DNA of 64,000 bases from positions 160,001 through 224,000 of the forward strand of contig JBNGBT010000001.1 of assembly GCA_049903315.1 (NCBI GenBank). Direction: 5' to 3'. Each line of letters starts with the position of its first letter. Positions within the stretch are counted from its first letter, which is position 1. The DNA comes from Candidatus Cloacimonadota bacterium (GTDB lineage: Bacteria; Cloacimonadota; Cloacimonadia; JGIOTU-2). Made by a program: the position numbers and the translations under genes. The notes under the pieces were generated by a model. The model was not told the origin of the DNA. It saw nothing but the letters and a program-made list of their open reading frames with translations, and ran no database searches. Of this stretch, positions 49,775 to 59,771 are shown piece after piece.

Positions 49775-50007
49775 TGAAATTAATAATTCTGTTCATGATA
49801 AAAATATATAGATTTATATATCATCCCATCAAACAAGGATTCCGTGATGCGGGGATCGAACTGAATAAATGCCAGTTTACACCGACCTGCTCGGAATATG
49901 CAATTATAGCACTAAACAAGTACCCTATAAAAAGAGCACTAAAGAAAATAATAAACCGCCTGAAGCGGTGCAGTTTTACCACGATTAATCAGATAGATTA
50001 CCCTTAA
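49774..50007 (+). CDS. yidD: YidD-like (membrane protein insertion efficiency factor family) protein
   Basis: IKIYR, CQFTPTCSEYA..A..KY, RLKRC; 77 aa. Confidence 0.8.
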   Translation: MKLIILFMIKIYRFIYHPIKQGFRDAGIELNKCQFTPTCSEYAIIALNKYPIKRALKKIINRLKRCSFTTINQIDYP

Positions 50008-50021
50008 AGATTGAGGTTTAC

Positions 50022-53000
50022 ATGCCAGAAACCAAACAGTGTCCATTTTGCTATGCAGAGATCCCAATCCATGCTCAAAAATGCCAGCATTGCGGAGAGT
50101 GGCTTTCTGATGAACATACACTTGGTCATACTACAATAATCTCGGCTTTTTCGTCCGAGTATGAGATAATAGAGGAAATCGGGCGCGGCGGCATGTCCAC
50201 GGTGTATAAAGCTCGCTATAAAAGATTGAATCGAATAGTTGCACTAAAAGTCATACCCAAAGCATTATCACATGATAAAGAGTATATCCAGCGGCTACAT
50301 CATGAAGCCAGAAATTCGGCACTTCTTATGCACGCTAACATTATTACTATTTTTGATGTTGGAGAAATGGGAGGATATCCTTTTATTTCAATGGAATATC
50401 TTGGTGGAAACACGCTTGCAAAATTAATCCGGGAGAAAGGACCTTTGCCCGAACAAAAAATCAAAGAGATCATTATACCTATTCTAGACGGACTACAACA
50501 TGCCCATTCAAAAGGAATAATACATCGAGATATTAAAAGTTCTAACATTATGTTCGATGAAACGGGAAGACCTGTATTGATGGATTTTGGGATTGCTAAG
50601 AGTAGTGAGGGGACTAAACTGACTCAAGCTGGAACTATTATAGGCACACCTGAGTTTATGAGTCCAGAGCAAGCTAATGCCGATGTTGATATAGATCACA
50701 GAACTGATATCTATTCTTTAGGTATCGTAATGTATGAAATGGCTACAGGAAGGCTGCCCTTCTTGAACGAAAATCCCTTTGCTGTTGTACATGATGTGTT
50801 GCATAAGCTACCATATGATCCAAGATTAATAAACAATTCAGTCTCTCTCTTTTTATCGAATGTCATCGGAAAAGCTGTCAATAAAGATCCTAAAAGAAGA
50901 TTCAAAACCTGTGGGGAGATGATACAAGTATTTGAAAAGACAAAAAAATATACCTTTACAAATGCCGATGTTGTATTTCGTGAAAAGAACAAAGTTAAGA
51001 AAACATCAAAAAAGGATTCAATCCAGATACCGAAAAGACTGATCTCAAATTTTATTATTATTGTTGGTATCCTATTGATTTTAATTATTGGATATATAGG
51101 CTATAATCATTTCTTTCCTTTAACCTCTATTCCAAGGGTGACCGGGCTTGATTATAAAGTTGGGATTATGCGTTTAAAATCTAATGGCTTTAGGCCTAAA
51201 GTAAGTAAATGGAAAAAAACGACAGATAAAAATAAATATGGGCTCATTTCGAATCAAATTCCACAAAATGGAGAGAAACGAAAAGGATCGAGTGTATATA
51301 TAGAGGTTTATAGAAAATACGTCTCAATTCCCAAACTTGATAACTTGTCAGCAAATCAAGCTACTGCTTCTCTTAAATCATTAGGTTTGAAAATAAGTAA
51401 GGTTAAATATTATTGGCATCCTACTATTCCAAAAGGTACTGCAATTGGGGTAGAAACTTCACAAAAAGAGCTTCCGGAGGGATCCACAGTTGTACTTAAG
51501 GTTTCAAATGGCGTAAAAAAAGAGCAGATACCAGATGTCATTGGTGACTCATATGTTAAAGCAAAGCGAGCTTTGCAAGAGCTAGGTTTTGTTATTAATG
51601 ATGTTAAAAGAATTGAAGATAAAAACGAGGATAAGGGTGATATAGTTCTCGGTATACAACCACAGTCTGGAGAATACCCCAGGGGTACAAAAATCGACCT
51701 TGTTCTTTCAAAAAAGATGGTAAAAGTACCTATCCTTAAGAAGCTCGATCTTGAAGTTGCGAAGAAGAAACTTGAGAAAGCCGGGCTTGACACGGGTTCT
51801 GTCACAAAGAAAATAAGTGATATTAATGAAAAGAATATAGTTATTTCTTATGAACCTAACGGAAGGGTCGCTTCCGGTTCAAAGGTGGATATGGTTATCA
51901 CATATGAGATGGTAAGTCTACCAGATCTCTCGGGACAGAACTATGAAACTGCAAAAAATAGATTACGAGGTCTTGGGCTTTATGCTTCAAAATCTCAGTA
52001 TGTAAAATCTGTATATGATGAACCTAATATAGTAGTTAGAACTAATCCTGGACCGGGTAGAGTGATCGAGGGAAGCACAATAGAATTATATCTCTCAGCT
52101 GCAATGGTAAATGTGCCTAATGTAGTGGGTCTCACATTATCGGAAGGAATGAATAAATTAGAGGGTGCAGGACTTCCTGTCGAAATGGGAGAGTATATAA
52201 AAAGTTATTCATATCCAGATGGCACTATTGCAGCTCAGTCAATACAGAATCAAAGGGTAATAACCGGCACAACCGTTAAACTGGATATATATAAGAAATA
52301 TGTTAAAATTCCGTATGTCCGAGGGCTAACACAAGATGAAGGTATTGATAAGATTCGTCAAGAGGGTTTGGATGTAACCGCAACAAAATTGACTTATGAT
52401 AATTCAATACCGATTAATCATGTTATAGGAATAGAAGGTCAAAAGGAAGAACTTCCAGACGGTTCAAAGATAGTAATTCTTGTTTCAAGAGGAGAAAAAA
52501 AAGAGGTTTATGTTGATGGTAAAACATTTACTATGGGAAATACAGATTTGAATGCTGCTAATGATGAGAAGCCAACCCATATTGTGTATCTTGGTGATTT
52601 CAATATTTGGAAGTATGAAATAACTAATCTGGAAGTTGCTACGATTTTTAACTGGGTTATGGATGAAAATCATCTTACTCATAACAATGGTAAATTATAT
52701 TCTATCGAAAATAAAACCCAATATTTAATTGATCTCAATGATAAAGATTGTAGATTAAAACTAGAGGGGAAAAATATCGCAGTAGAAGCAGGATTCGAAG
52801 ATCACCCTTGCGTAGAAATCACTCATTTTGGAGCTGCCGCATTCTGTAATTATTTAAGTATTCATGATGGCTTGAATCCATGTTATGATTTAACTAAGAC
52901 ACATTCTTGTAGATGGGATGAGAATGGGTATCGTCTTCCAACTGAAGCAGAATGGGAGTGTGCTGCTAAGATGGCTGAAAAAAATTCAACTACTCAACTA

Positions 53001-53336
53001 TATAATTATTCTGGTAGCAACAATATCAGTGAAATTGCCTGGTATGCCTCAAATGCCGGCCAGCATACACACGATATCGGACAGAAAATAGCCAATCAGC
53101 TTGGTCTTTATGATATGAGTGGTAATGTTTGGGAATGGTGCTGGGATTATTATGATGAAAATTATTACAGGAATAAAACAAAATATCATCCTACTGGTCC
53201 AACACAAGGTAATAGTTTTATAATACGTGGAGGTTCCTGGCAAACCGGCAGAGATGAATGTACTGTAACTAATCGAGGAAGTAATAAGGGAAATGGTGAT
53301 AAGGATATTGGATTTCGAATAGTAAGAAATCAGTAG
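50022..53336 (+). CDS. Zn-ribbon + Ser/Thr kinase + TM + about seven PASTA repeats + FGE-sulfatase (CLec-fold) domain
   Basis: CPFC..CQHC; GRGGMS.VY, VALK, HRDIKSSN, DFG; P.V.G-type PASTA repeats; RLPTEAEWE, GLYDMSGNVWEWC, RGGSW, GFR. Confidence 0.92.
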   Translation: MPETKQCPFCYAEIPIHAQKCQHCGEWLSDEHTLGHTTIISAFSSEYEIIEEIGRGGMSTVYKARYKRLNRIVALKVIPKALSHDKEYIQRLHHEARNSALLMHANIITIFDVGEMGGYPFISMEYLGGNTLAKLIREKGPLPEQKIKEIIIPILDGLQHAHSKGIIHRDIKSSNIMFDETGRPVLMDFGIAKSSEGTKLTQAGTIIGTPEFMSPEQANADVDIDHRTDIYSLGIVMYEMATGRLPFLNENPFAVVHDVLHKLPYDPRLINNSVSLFLSNVIGKAVNKDPKRRFKTCGEMIQVFEKTKKYTFTNADVVFREKNKVKKTSKKDSIQIPKRLISNFIIIVGILLILIIGYIGYNHFFPLTSIPRVTGLDYKVGIMRLKSNGFRPKVSKWKKTTDKNKYGLISNQIPQNGEKRKGSSVYIEVYRKYVSIPKLDNLSANQATASLKSLGLKISKVKYYWHPTIPKGTAIGVETSQKELPEGSTVVLKVSNGVKKEQIPDVIGDSYVKAKRALQELGFVINDVKRIEDKNEDKGDIVLGIQPQSGEYPRGTKIDLVLSKKMVKVPILKKLDLEVAKKKLEKAGLDTGSVTKKISDINEKNIVISYEPNGRVASGSKVDMVITYEMVSLPDLSGQNYETAKNRLRGLGLYASKSQYVKSVYDEPNIVVRTNPGPGRVIEGSTIELYLSAAMVNVPNVVGLTLSEGMNKLEGAGLPVEMGEYIKSYSYPDGTIAAQSIQNQRVITGTTVKLDIYKKYVKIPYVRGLTQDEGIDKIRQEGLDVTATKLTYDNSIPINHVIGIEGQKEELPDGSKIVILVSRGEKKEVYVDGKTFTMGNTDLNAANDEKPTHIVYLGDFNIWKYEITNLEVATIFNWVMDENHLTHNNGKLYSIENKTQYLIDLNDKDCRLKLEGKNIAVEAGFEDHPCVEITHFGAAAFCNYLSIHDGLNPCYDLTKTHSCRWDENGYRLPTEAEWECAAKMAEKNSTTQLYNYSGSNNISEIAWYASNAGQHTHDIGQKIANQLGLYDMSGNVWEWCWDYYDENYYRNKTKYHPTGPTQGNSFIIRGGSWQTGRDECTVTNRGSNKGNGDKDIGFRIVRNQ

Positions 53337-53346
53337 AAGGTGCTAC

Positions 53347-53597
53347 ATGGAAATTTTTCTAAAAATTATATTAAGTCTAATATTGGGAAACTGTATTATC
53401 CTAATTTCATGCACAAATGATCTAGTGGACTTTTCAGAGTTACAAATCCTGGACCAGCAGATACATGCGCCCTACAAAAAGATACCGGAGTATTCAGAAC
53501 AATATTTACCACACTATCCTTTGCTGCTATCGATGATACTGCGATAAGAATTATGTTATTGAACGATCTAATAAATTGGTTAATTAATGAAAAATAA
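53347..53597 (+). pseudogene. Internally deleted lipoprotein gene remnant
   Basis: Lipobox LISC at the start; from about 53421 a different frame reads ...CALQKDTGVFRTIFTTLSFAAIDDTAIRIMLLNDLINWLINEK*, a protein-like C-terminus. Confidence 0.55.
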
Positions 53598-53625
53598 TAA
53601 AAAAAAATTACTTTTGGAGGATCTC

Positions 53626-55557
53626 ATGAAAAAAATAATAATTGTTATTTTAATAGTATTAAATTTTGCACTACTGAAAGCAGAAACGGTCATTTTAAAA
53701 AACGATGAATCAATATATGGTAAGTTAGTAGGCAAGGCTGATAACATGATTTATTTAGAGTTAAACTATGCTAATGTTAAAATCCCATGGTCAAATATTA
53801 AACAAATTGATGGTTTTGCAGGTGAAATTACGAATGTTACATATAATAAAAAAGATTTTTTTAGGAGCGATCTTGATAAAGGCGAGTTCATTATGCTGGG
53901 TGAAATGTCTAAGCTCGAAAGGAATAAAGTCTGGGACACATCCATCTTTGGAAAAGAAAATTATATAAATGTTAAATTTAAAGTCAATGTAAAAGACTAT
54001 TATGTGAAAGTCAATGATAATGATCCACTCTTAATCAAGGAAAATTCGTTTGAAACCTTACTTAATAAAGACATTCCATATGTATTTAATTTTTACAAAG
54101 ATCGTTATGAAGATCATTATAAAGTAGTTACCTTAAATAAAGATGCAACAAAAGAAATACTTCTTAATTTCAATGGCGTTGAAAAACATTTCAATCTTCC
54201 CGGATATGTAACCATAGATTCATATCCTGAAAAGTCAATGATATATATTGATAATATTAAAATGGGATTTGCTCCCAAACAACTGCAAGTCACTTCAGGT
54301 GAGCATGCTCTAACCCTTCAAAAAGACTGGTATCAGCTTAAAAGACAGAAAATTATCGTAAAAGAGAAACAGACTTTGGATATTGGTACAGTTACTCTAA
54401 TTGAGGACTTTGGATATTTCTCAGTGACAACTGAACCCGAGGGAGCTGAAATACATTTAAACGATAAATATGTTGGATTGTCTCCTATTACAGAAAAGAA
54501 ATTAATTAGCGGTAATTATACAATTTCAGCTTTCTTAGACGATTATCATCCTAAAATTATAGCAATGACCCTGAAACGGTATGATGATATAACAATTCCT
54601 ATTGGTTTGGAACCAGCTTTTGGAAAACTTATCATAAAATCAACTTCCGTAAGCGATGCGTCCGTTTATATCAATGACGAATTAGTAGGTAAGACACCGT
54701 ACAATGATGTAAAATTTCCATCTGGCAAATATCTTATCAGCGTTGAAAAAGATAATTGGTTTGGAGAAGAGAGGGAAGTTGTAATAAAGGATGGTTGTAC
54801 AACAGAAGAGACTTTTAATCTATTTAAAAATTTCGGGAGAATTAGCGTTAATGCTCCTGGTTGTCAGATATATCTCGATGATGAGCTAATCGGCACTAAT
54901 TCTGTAGTTAAGGATGTCAAATCTGGTGATTATATTCTCAGAGCAACAAAAAAGGATCACTATGATGACAGTAAAGAGATTTCGATAGAAGCGAATGAAT
55001 CAAAGGAAATTCAGCTAAATCCACTTCCTATAATAGCGAGTCTTGATATACGAAGTGAACCTTATGCAACCAAGGGGGCGACTATCAAAATAGATGATAA
55101 AAACTGGCCTGAAGGAACACCTACAATAATAGAAACAACAATTGGGCAGCATAAAGTAAGTGTCAGTTATCCGGAATATATTACCCAAACGAAGAAGGTC
55201 GACTTGCAAAAAGGGGATTATAAGGAGTTGTTATTCAATATGACACTCTATAAAAACAGCGCAACATACAAATGGAAAAAATGGCGTACTTGGAAATGGT
55301 TATATTTTACTACAACTATAGTATGTTTGGGCACTGGCGGTGGATGTCATTATCTTGGAGAGCAAAATTACGACAAATATACTCATGCGACATCATCAAG
55401 TATAGCAGCAGTATATAAAGACAATTATGAAAAATGGTATAAATACAGAGATTACTCTTTTAAGATATCTATAGCTCCAGCCGTATTGTTCTTGTATAGT
55501 TGGATTAAAGAAGGCTATTATGCAGGAAAAGCTAAACATGAGATGGGAGATCAATAA
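53626..55557 (+). CDS. PEGA-repeat protein
   Basis: GGAGG RBS; signal peptide; repeated (S/T).P.GA.I.ID...G.TP......G.H/Y units. Confidence 0.88.
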   Translation: MKKIIIVILIVLNFALLKAETVILKNDESIYGKLVGKADNMIYLELNYANVKIPWSNIKQIDGFAGEITNVTYNKKDFFRSDLDKGEFIMLGEMSKLERNKVWDTSIFGKENYINVKFKVNVKDYYVKVNDNDPLLIKENSFETLLNKDIPYVFNFYKDRYEDHYKVVTLNKDATKEILLNFNGVEKHFNLPGYVTIDSYPEKSMIYIDNIKMGFAPKQLQVTSGEHALTLQKDWYQLKRQKIIVKEKQTLDIGTVTLIEDFGYFSVTTEPEGAEIHLNDKYVGLSPITEKKLISGNYTISAFLDDYHPKIIAMTLKRYDDITIPIGLEPAFGKLIIKSTSVSDASVYINDELVGKTPYNDVKFPSGKYLISVEKDNWFGEEREVVIKDGCTTEETFNLFKNFGRISVNAPGCQIYLDDELIGTNSVVKDVKSGDYILRATKKDHYDDSKEISIEANESKEIQLNPLPIIASLDIRSEPYATKGATIKIDDKNWPEGTPTIIETTIGQHKVSVSYPEYITQTKKVDLQKGDYKELLFNMTLYKNSATYKWKKWRTWKWLYFTTTIVCLGTGGGCHYLGEQNYDKYTHATSSSIAAVYKDNYEKWYKYRDYSFKISIAPAVLFLYSWIKEGYYAGKAKHEMGDQ

Positions 55558-57611
55558 TGAGAAATAAAATATATCTTGTAGTAATATGCATTATTGTAAG
55601 TATTATCATAACTTGTAAATCAACAACACCTTCGAATCCCTATGATCCCGGGTTTGATTTACCAGCTCCTACTAATTTTTCAGTTGAACAGACTGGTATT
55701 ACAACGACATCATTAACTTGGACTGATAACGCAGAAGGAGAGCAAGGTTATAAGATAGACAGGAAAGTAGATAATGGGTCATGGGTTATCGGGTACGCGC
55801 AAGTTGGAGAAAATATCCTGCAAATCAATGATTTGGGATTAACCCCAGAAGAAACATATTCATATCGTATTTATACCTATGCTGGAGAAAACACATCAAC
55901 TAGTCAGGAACAATCAATCGAACTTGACTTCCCGAATCCAAGTAACTTTACTATTAACCAGGATGACGTACATTCATTTATTCTCAAATGGAACTATTCA
56001 TCAACATGGCCAGAAGGTTATAAAATTGACCGCAAGATCGACAGCGGAAGTTGGGAAAATGAATTGGTAGCTCTGGATGTAAATACGAAACAATGGACTG
56101 ATAACAGCATTGGAAGGTCATATAATATAGTGTATTACCGGGTGTATGCTTATTATTTAGACTATATTTCAAAGAAAATTGAAGTAAACAGCGACATAGA
56201 TTTTCCCCCACCCTCTTCTCTAACAATTAATCAAACTAATCCAACAACCTGCAAACTTGAATGGCAAGATAACTCAAGCGGAGAACAGGGTTTCTATATT
56301 GATAGAAAGATAAATGATGGTTCGTGGATTTTGGATTATGCAACAGTCGGAGAAAACATAGAGATCTATACTAATTCGGGTTTGATTCCTGACAATACTT
56401 ATTCGTATAGAGTATGTGCTTACTATGGAGACAACAATACACCAGGGGTTGAAGAAAGTATCTCAATAGTTTTTTATGCCCCGACTAATTTATCTATTGA
56501 ACAAACTGGTGATACATCATGTAAATTAACCTGGGATGACAATTCAAGTGGTGAACAAGGTTTTAAGATAGATAGAAAGGTGAATAGTGGTTCGTGGAGT
56601 TACCATGCACAGGTTGGAGGTAATGTTGAAGAACATTCTGCAACAGGTTTAACAGCAGGAAATTCTTACACATACAGAGTATATGCATATTATCAAAGCG
56701 TTGAAACTGATTGTTCGAATGAAGTAAATATAGATTTAGATGAGCCGTTAGGTTCTCTGTCAGGTTATGTACGTGAAGCAATTACCCAAAATCCAATACA
56801 AGGTGCACATGTTGAAATTGGAAGTTGGTCAGCTATTACGAATTTAAATGGTTATTATTTGATTACAGATATTACACCAGGTTCCTATACTGTAGTATGC
56901 TCAGCACGTTACTATATATCACAATCAGAAACGGTTGAAGTAAATGGGGGAGAAACTGCTTCTCAAAATTTCATTCTCTCTTACAGTACTGAGATTTTGT
57001 CATATTATTATGCAGTCGAAGATGCCATCGGTTTAATTAACGGTGGAACGATGATTGTTGCTGTAAGGTTTACTTCAGATGAACTTGCAGATTATTATGA
57101 AAACTTTTGTATTAAACAGGTAGCTTTGTATATCTGGGATTTACCTACTTATGCTGTTTTAAAGATATGGGAAGGGGGTAATTATGGTAATCCTGGGTCG
57201 GTAGTTTATTCTGAGAATATTACAAGTCAGTTGTCACAAGAAAGTTGGATTGGGGTTAACCTTTCAGAGTTAATTGATCTTGTATCACAAAAGGAATATT
57301 GGGTAGGTTACGAAGTTATACACGAAGCGGATATTCATCCAGCGGGATCTGATATAGGTCCAGTGGTAGATGGAAAAGGTGACTGGATTTATATTAATGA
57401 TACATGGGATGAACTCCAAAATTACGGTTTCGAATTTAACTGGGCAATTAAAGCTATACTCATGGGGAATGCTGACAAAAACAACAATGAGTGTATTACA
57501 AAAAATTATAGTATTGAAATTATTAATAATGGCAGAAAAAAGAAAAACACAAATCAATTCAGTTCGAAAAAACAGGAAGATCTTAAATATGAGCTCTTAA
57601 ATAACAAATAA
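55557..57611 (+). CDS. FN3-repeat lipoprotein with carboxypeptidase-regulatory-like and C-terminal beta-sandwich domains
   Basis: IITC..NPYDP; four L.W.DN..GE.G..IDRK...Y.YRVYAY repeats; GSLSGYV...PI.GA.V. Confidence 0.85.
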   Translation: MRNKIYLVVICIIVSIIITCKSTTPSNPYDPGFDLPAPTNFSVEQTGITTTSLTWTDNAEGEQGYKIDRKVDNGSWVIGYAQVGENILQINDLGLTPEETYSYRIYTYAGENTSTSQEQSIELDFPNPSNFTINQDDVHSFILKWNYSSTWPEGYKIDRKIDSGSWENELVALDVNTKQWTDNSIGRSYNIVYYRVYAYYLDYISKKIEVNSDIDFPPPSSLTINQTNPTTCKLEWQDNSSGEQGFYIDRKINDGSWILDYATVGENIEIYTNSGLIPDNTYSYRVCAYYGDNNTPGVEESISIVFYAPTNLSIEQTGDTSCKLTWDDNSSGEQGFKIDRKVNSGSWSYHAQVGGNVEEHSATGLTAGNSYTYRVYAYYQSVETDCSNEVNIDLDEPLGSLSGYVREAITQNPIQGAHVEIGSWSAITNLNGYYLITDITPGSYTVVCSARYYISQSETVEVNGGETASQNFILSYSTEILSYYYAVEDAIGLINGGTMIVAVRFTSDELADYYENFCIKQVALYIWDLPTYAVLKIWEGGNYGNPGSVVYSENITSQLSQESWIGVNLSELIDLVSQKEYWVGYEVIHEADIHPAGSDIGPVVDGKGDWIYINDTWDELQNYGFEFNWAIKAILMGNADKNNNECITKNYSIEIINNGRKKKNTNQFSSKKQEDLKYELLNNK

Positions 57612-57620
57612 GGATTGACC

Positions 57621-59762
57621 ATGAACATTTTTAAATATCTGATTGTTTTATTATTGGTGAATATTTTATTTTTAGCAAAATGCACCACCCCCGAAACCAC
57701 AAATCCCTATGATCCTGGCTATGAGTTGCCAGCTCCAAGCAATTTTGATATTGCGCAGGAAACACTAACCTCCTGTGCCCTTACCTGGACTGATAATGCA
57801 GAAGGAGAGGAAGGATATAGGATAGAGAGAAAATCAGAGCAACGTAAGATATCTACTCAAAAAGGAAAATGTGAGACTAAAGGAGATTGGGAAAGATTAG
57901 TAGAATTAGATCCTAACACAGAACAGTTCCCGGATGAAGATGTGATGCCGGGTTATACCTATATCTACAGAGTGTATGCCTTTGCAGGGGAGAATGAATC
58001 CAATAAGCTTGAGAAAGAATTTATAGTTCAGTTCAATGCACCTAGTGGATTTAATGTTAAGCAGACAAGTCTTAGCTCATGTAAACTAAACTGGAATGAC
58101 AATTCTGAAGGAGAGTATGGCTTTATTATTGATAGAAAAGTAGATGGTGGATTCTGGGAAATAGGTTATGCAGATGTAGAAGAGAATATTAACGAATTTG
58201 ATGATACAGAGGTTTTACCTGAATCAATTTATACATATCGTATATATGGTTTTATCGAAGGGGCTACCTCGAGTAAGATAGAAAGTTCAGCAGAAATTAT
58301 ATTTGCAGAACCTACAGACCTATATATCTCACAGGATAATGTGCACACCTTTATCTTAACCTGGAACTATCCAACGGACTGGCCAGAAGGATACAAGATA
58401 GATAGAAAGATAGATGATGGAGAATGGGAGCAAGAGATAGGGCTGGTTAATGATGTATTAATAACTTTATGGGCTGATGATACTGTTGGAAGAAACTACA
58501 CTACGGTTTATTATAGGATGTATGCATACTGGAATGATTATACCTCAAACAAAGTTGAAGGTAATAGTAACATAGAGTTTGATGCTCCTACGAATTTAAA
58601 TTATGACAAGGTAACAATAAATTCAATAAAACTATCCTGGCAAGATAACAGTGATGGAGAGAGTGGATTTAAGATAGACAAAAAGGTTGGGGCTTCTAGT
58701 TGGGTAGAGGAATATGGTGAAGTAAGTGAGAATGATACTACCTGGACAGATATTGATGTAGAGGTCAATGAGGATTTACAGTATAGTGTATATGCCTATT
58801 GTGGAGATAACACATCTAATTCGATAGAGACTGATCTGATAGATAATACGATCCCAGCACCCGAAAACTTATCCTATGAAATCGAGAATGGTAATGATGT
58901 TCATTTGTATTGGGAATATACAACGTCTGGTATAGACGGATTTACATTAGAGCGGAAAGTTGATGATGAGTCCTGGGCTATGTTAGTAAATAATCTCTCT
59001 CCTGATTTGCGAGAATATCTTGATGAGGAGATTAGTATGGAAGATCATTATTCCTATAGAGTATTAGCATATTATGGTAATTATGAACCTTCTTATTCTA
59101 TAGAAATAGTGGTTAATTCTATTCCAACAAATGGACTAGTAGCATATTATCCTTTTAACGGTAATGCAAATGATGAAAGCGGGAATGGTCATAATGGTGA
59201 TTCCCAACCAAATGTTGATTTTTCAGCTGTCGATAGATTTGGAAACTCTAATAGTGCTATCTACATTGGTTCAAGTTATATCACTATTCCTGAAAATGTT
59301 GATTTAAATCTTCAAAGTCATACTATTTCAGCTTGGTCAAAATTCGAAAATGGGCATACAGGTTCTTTGGGAGGGATTTTCAATAACGGTTACAATTATG
59401 ATCATTATGCATTATGTGGAAACAATAGTCTTATTAGATCTTGGATAAATTATCCCAATAGTCCTGATGATGAACATATTTTCAATACAACAATTTTGGA
59501 AGATGAAGAATACCATCATTTGGCAGCAACTTATAATTTTGAGATTAGAACCTTATGGATAGATGGAAATTTAGTAAGTACCATGGTTTTCAATGAAACA
59601 ATTAATTATTCAAATAGTGAAAATTGTTATATTGGAATTAATTTTCCTGGAGGTGATGATTGGTTTCCTGGTTATTTAGACGACATTCGTATATACAATC
59701 GAGCCTTAACTGAACAAGAGATTCAGTCCTTATACCATGAAGGTGGTTGGGGATATAAATAG
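57621..59762 (+). CDS. FN3-repeat lipoprotein with C-terminal LamG domain
   Basis: LAKC..NPYDP; five FN3 repeats; GLVAYYPFNGNAND...LDDIRIYNRAL. Confidence 0.85.
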   Translation: MNIFKYLIVLLLVNILFLAKCTTPETTNPYDPGYELPAPSNFDIAQETLTSCALTWTDNAEGEEGYRIERKSEQRKISTQKGKCETKGDWERLVELDPNTEQFPDEDVMPGYTYIYRVYAFAGENESNKLEKEFIVQFNAPSGFNVKQTSLSSCKLNWNDNSEGEYGFIIDRKVDGGFWEIGYADVEENINEFDDTEVLPESIYTYRIYGFIEGATSSKIESSAEIIFAEPTDLYISQDNVHTFILTWNYPTDWPEGYKIDRKIDDGEWEQEIGLVNDVLITLWADDTVGRNYTTVYYRMYAYWNDYTSNKVEGNSNIEFDAPTNLNYDKVTINSIKLSWQDNSDGESGFKIDKKVGASSWVEEYGEVSENDTTWTDIDVEVNEDLQYSVYAYCGDNTSNSIETDLIDNTIPAPENLSYEIENGNDVHLYWEYTTSGIDGFTLERKVDDESWAMLVNNLSPDLREYLDEEISMEDHYSYRVLAYYGNYEPSYSIEIVVNSIPTNGLVAYYPFNGNANDESGNGHNGDSQPNVDFSAVDRFGNSNSAIYIGSSYITIPENVDLNLQSHTISAWSKFENGHTGSLGGIFNNGYNYDHYALCGNNSLIRSWINYPNSPDDEHIFNTTILEDEEYHHLAATYNFEIRTLWIDGNLVSTMVFNETINYSNSENCYIGINFPGGDDWFPGYLDDIRIYNRALTEQEIQSLYHEGGWGYK

Positions 59763-59771
59763 GAGATACTC

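Noticed and set aside
53220..53336. FGE/CLec C-terminus as a diversity-generating retroelement variable region
   Set aside because: No template repeat copy and no reverse transcriptase seen in the window; remote targeting cannot be excluded
42621..53336. Type VI secretion regulatory module (PpkA/PppA/Fha)
   Set aside because: No T6SS structural genes (tssB/C, hcp, vgrG, clpV) are recognisable in the window
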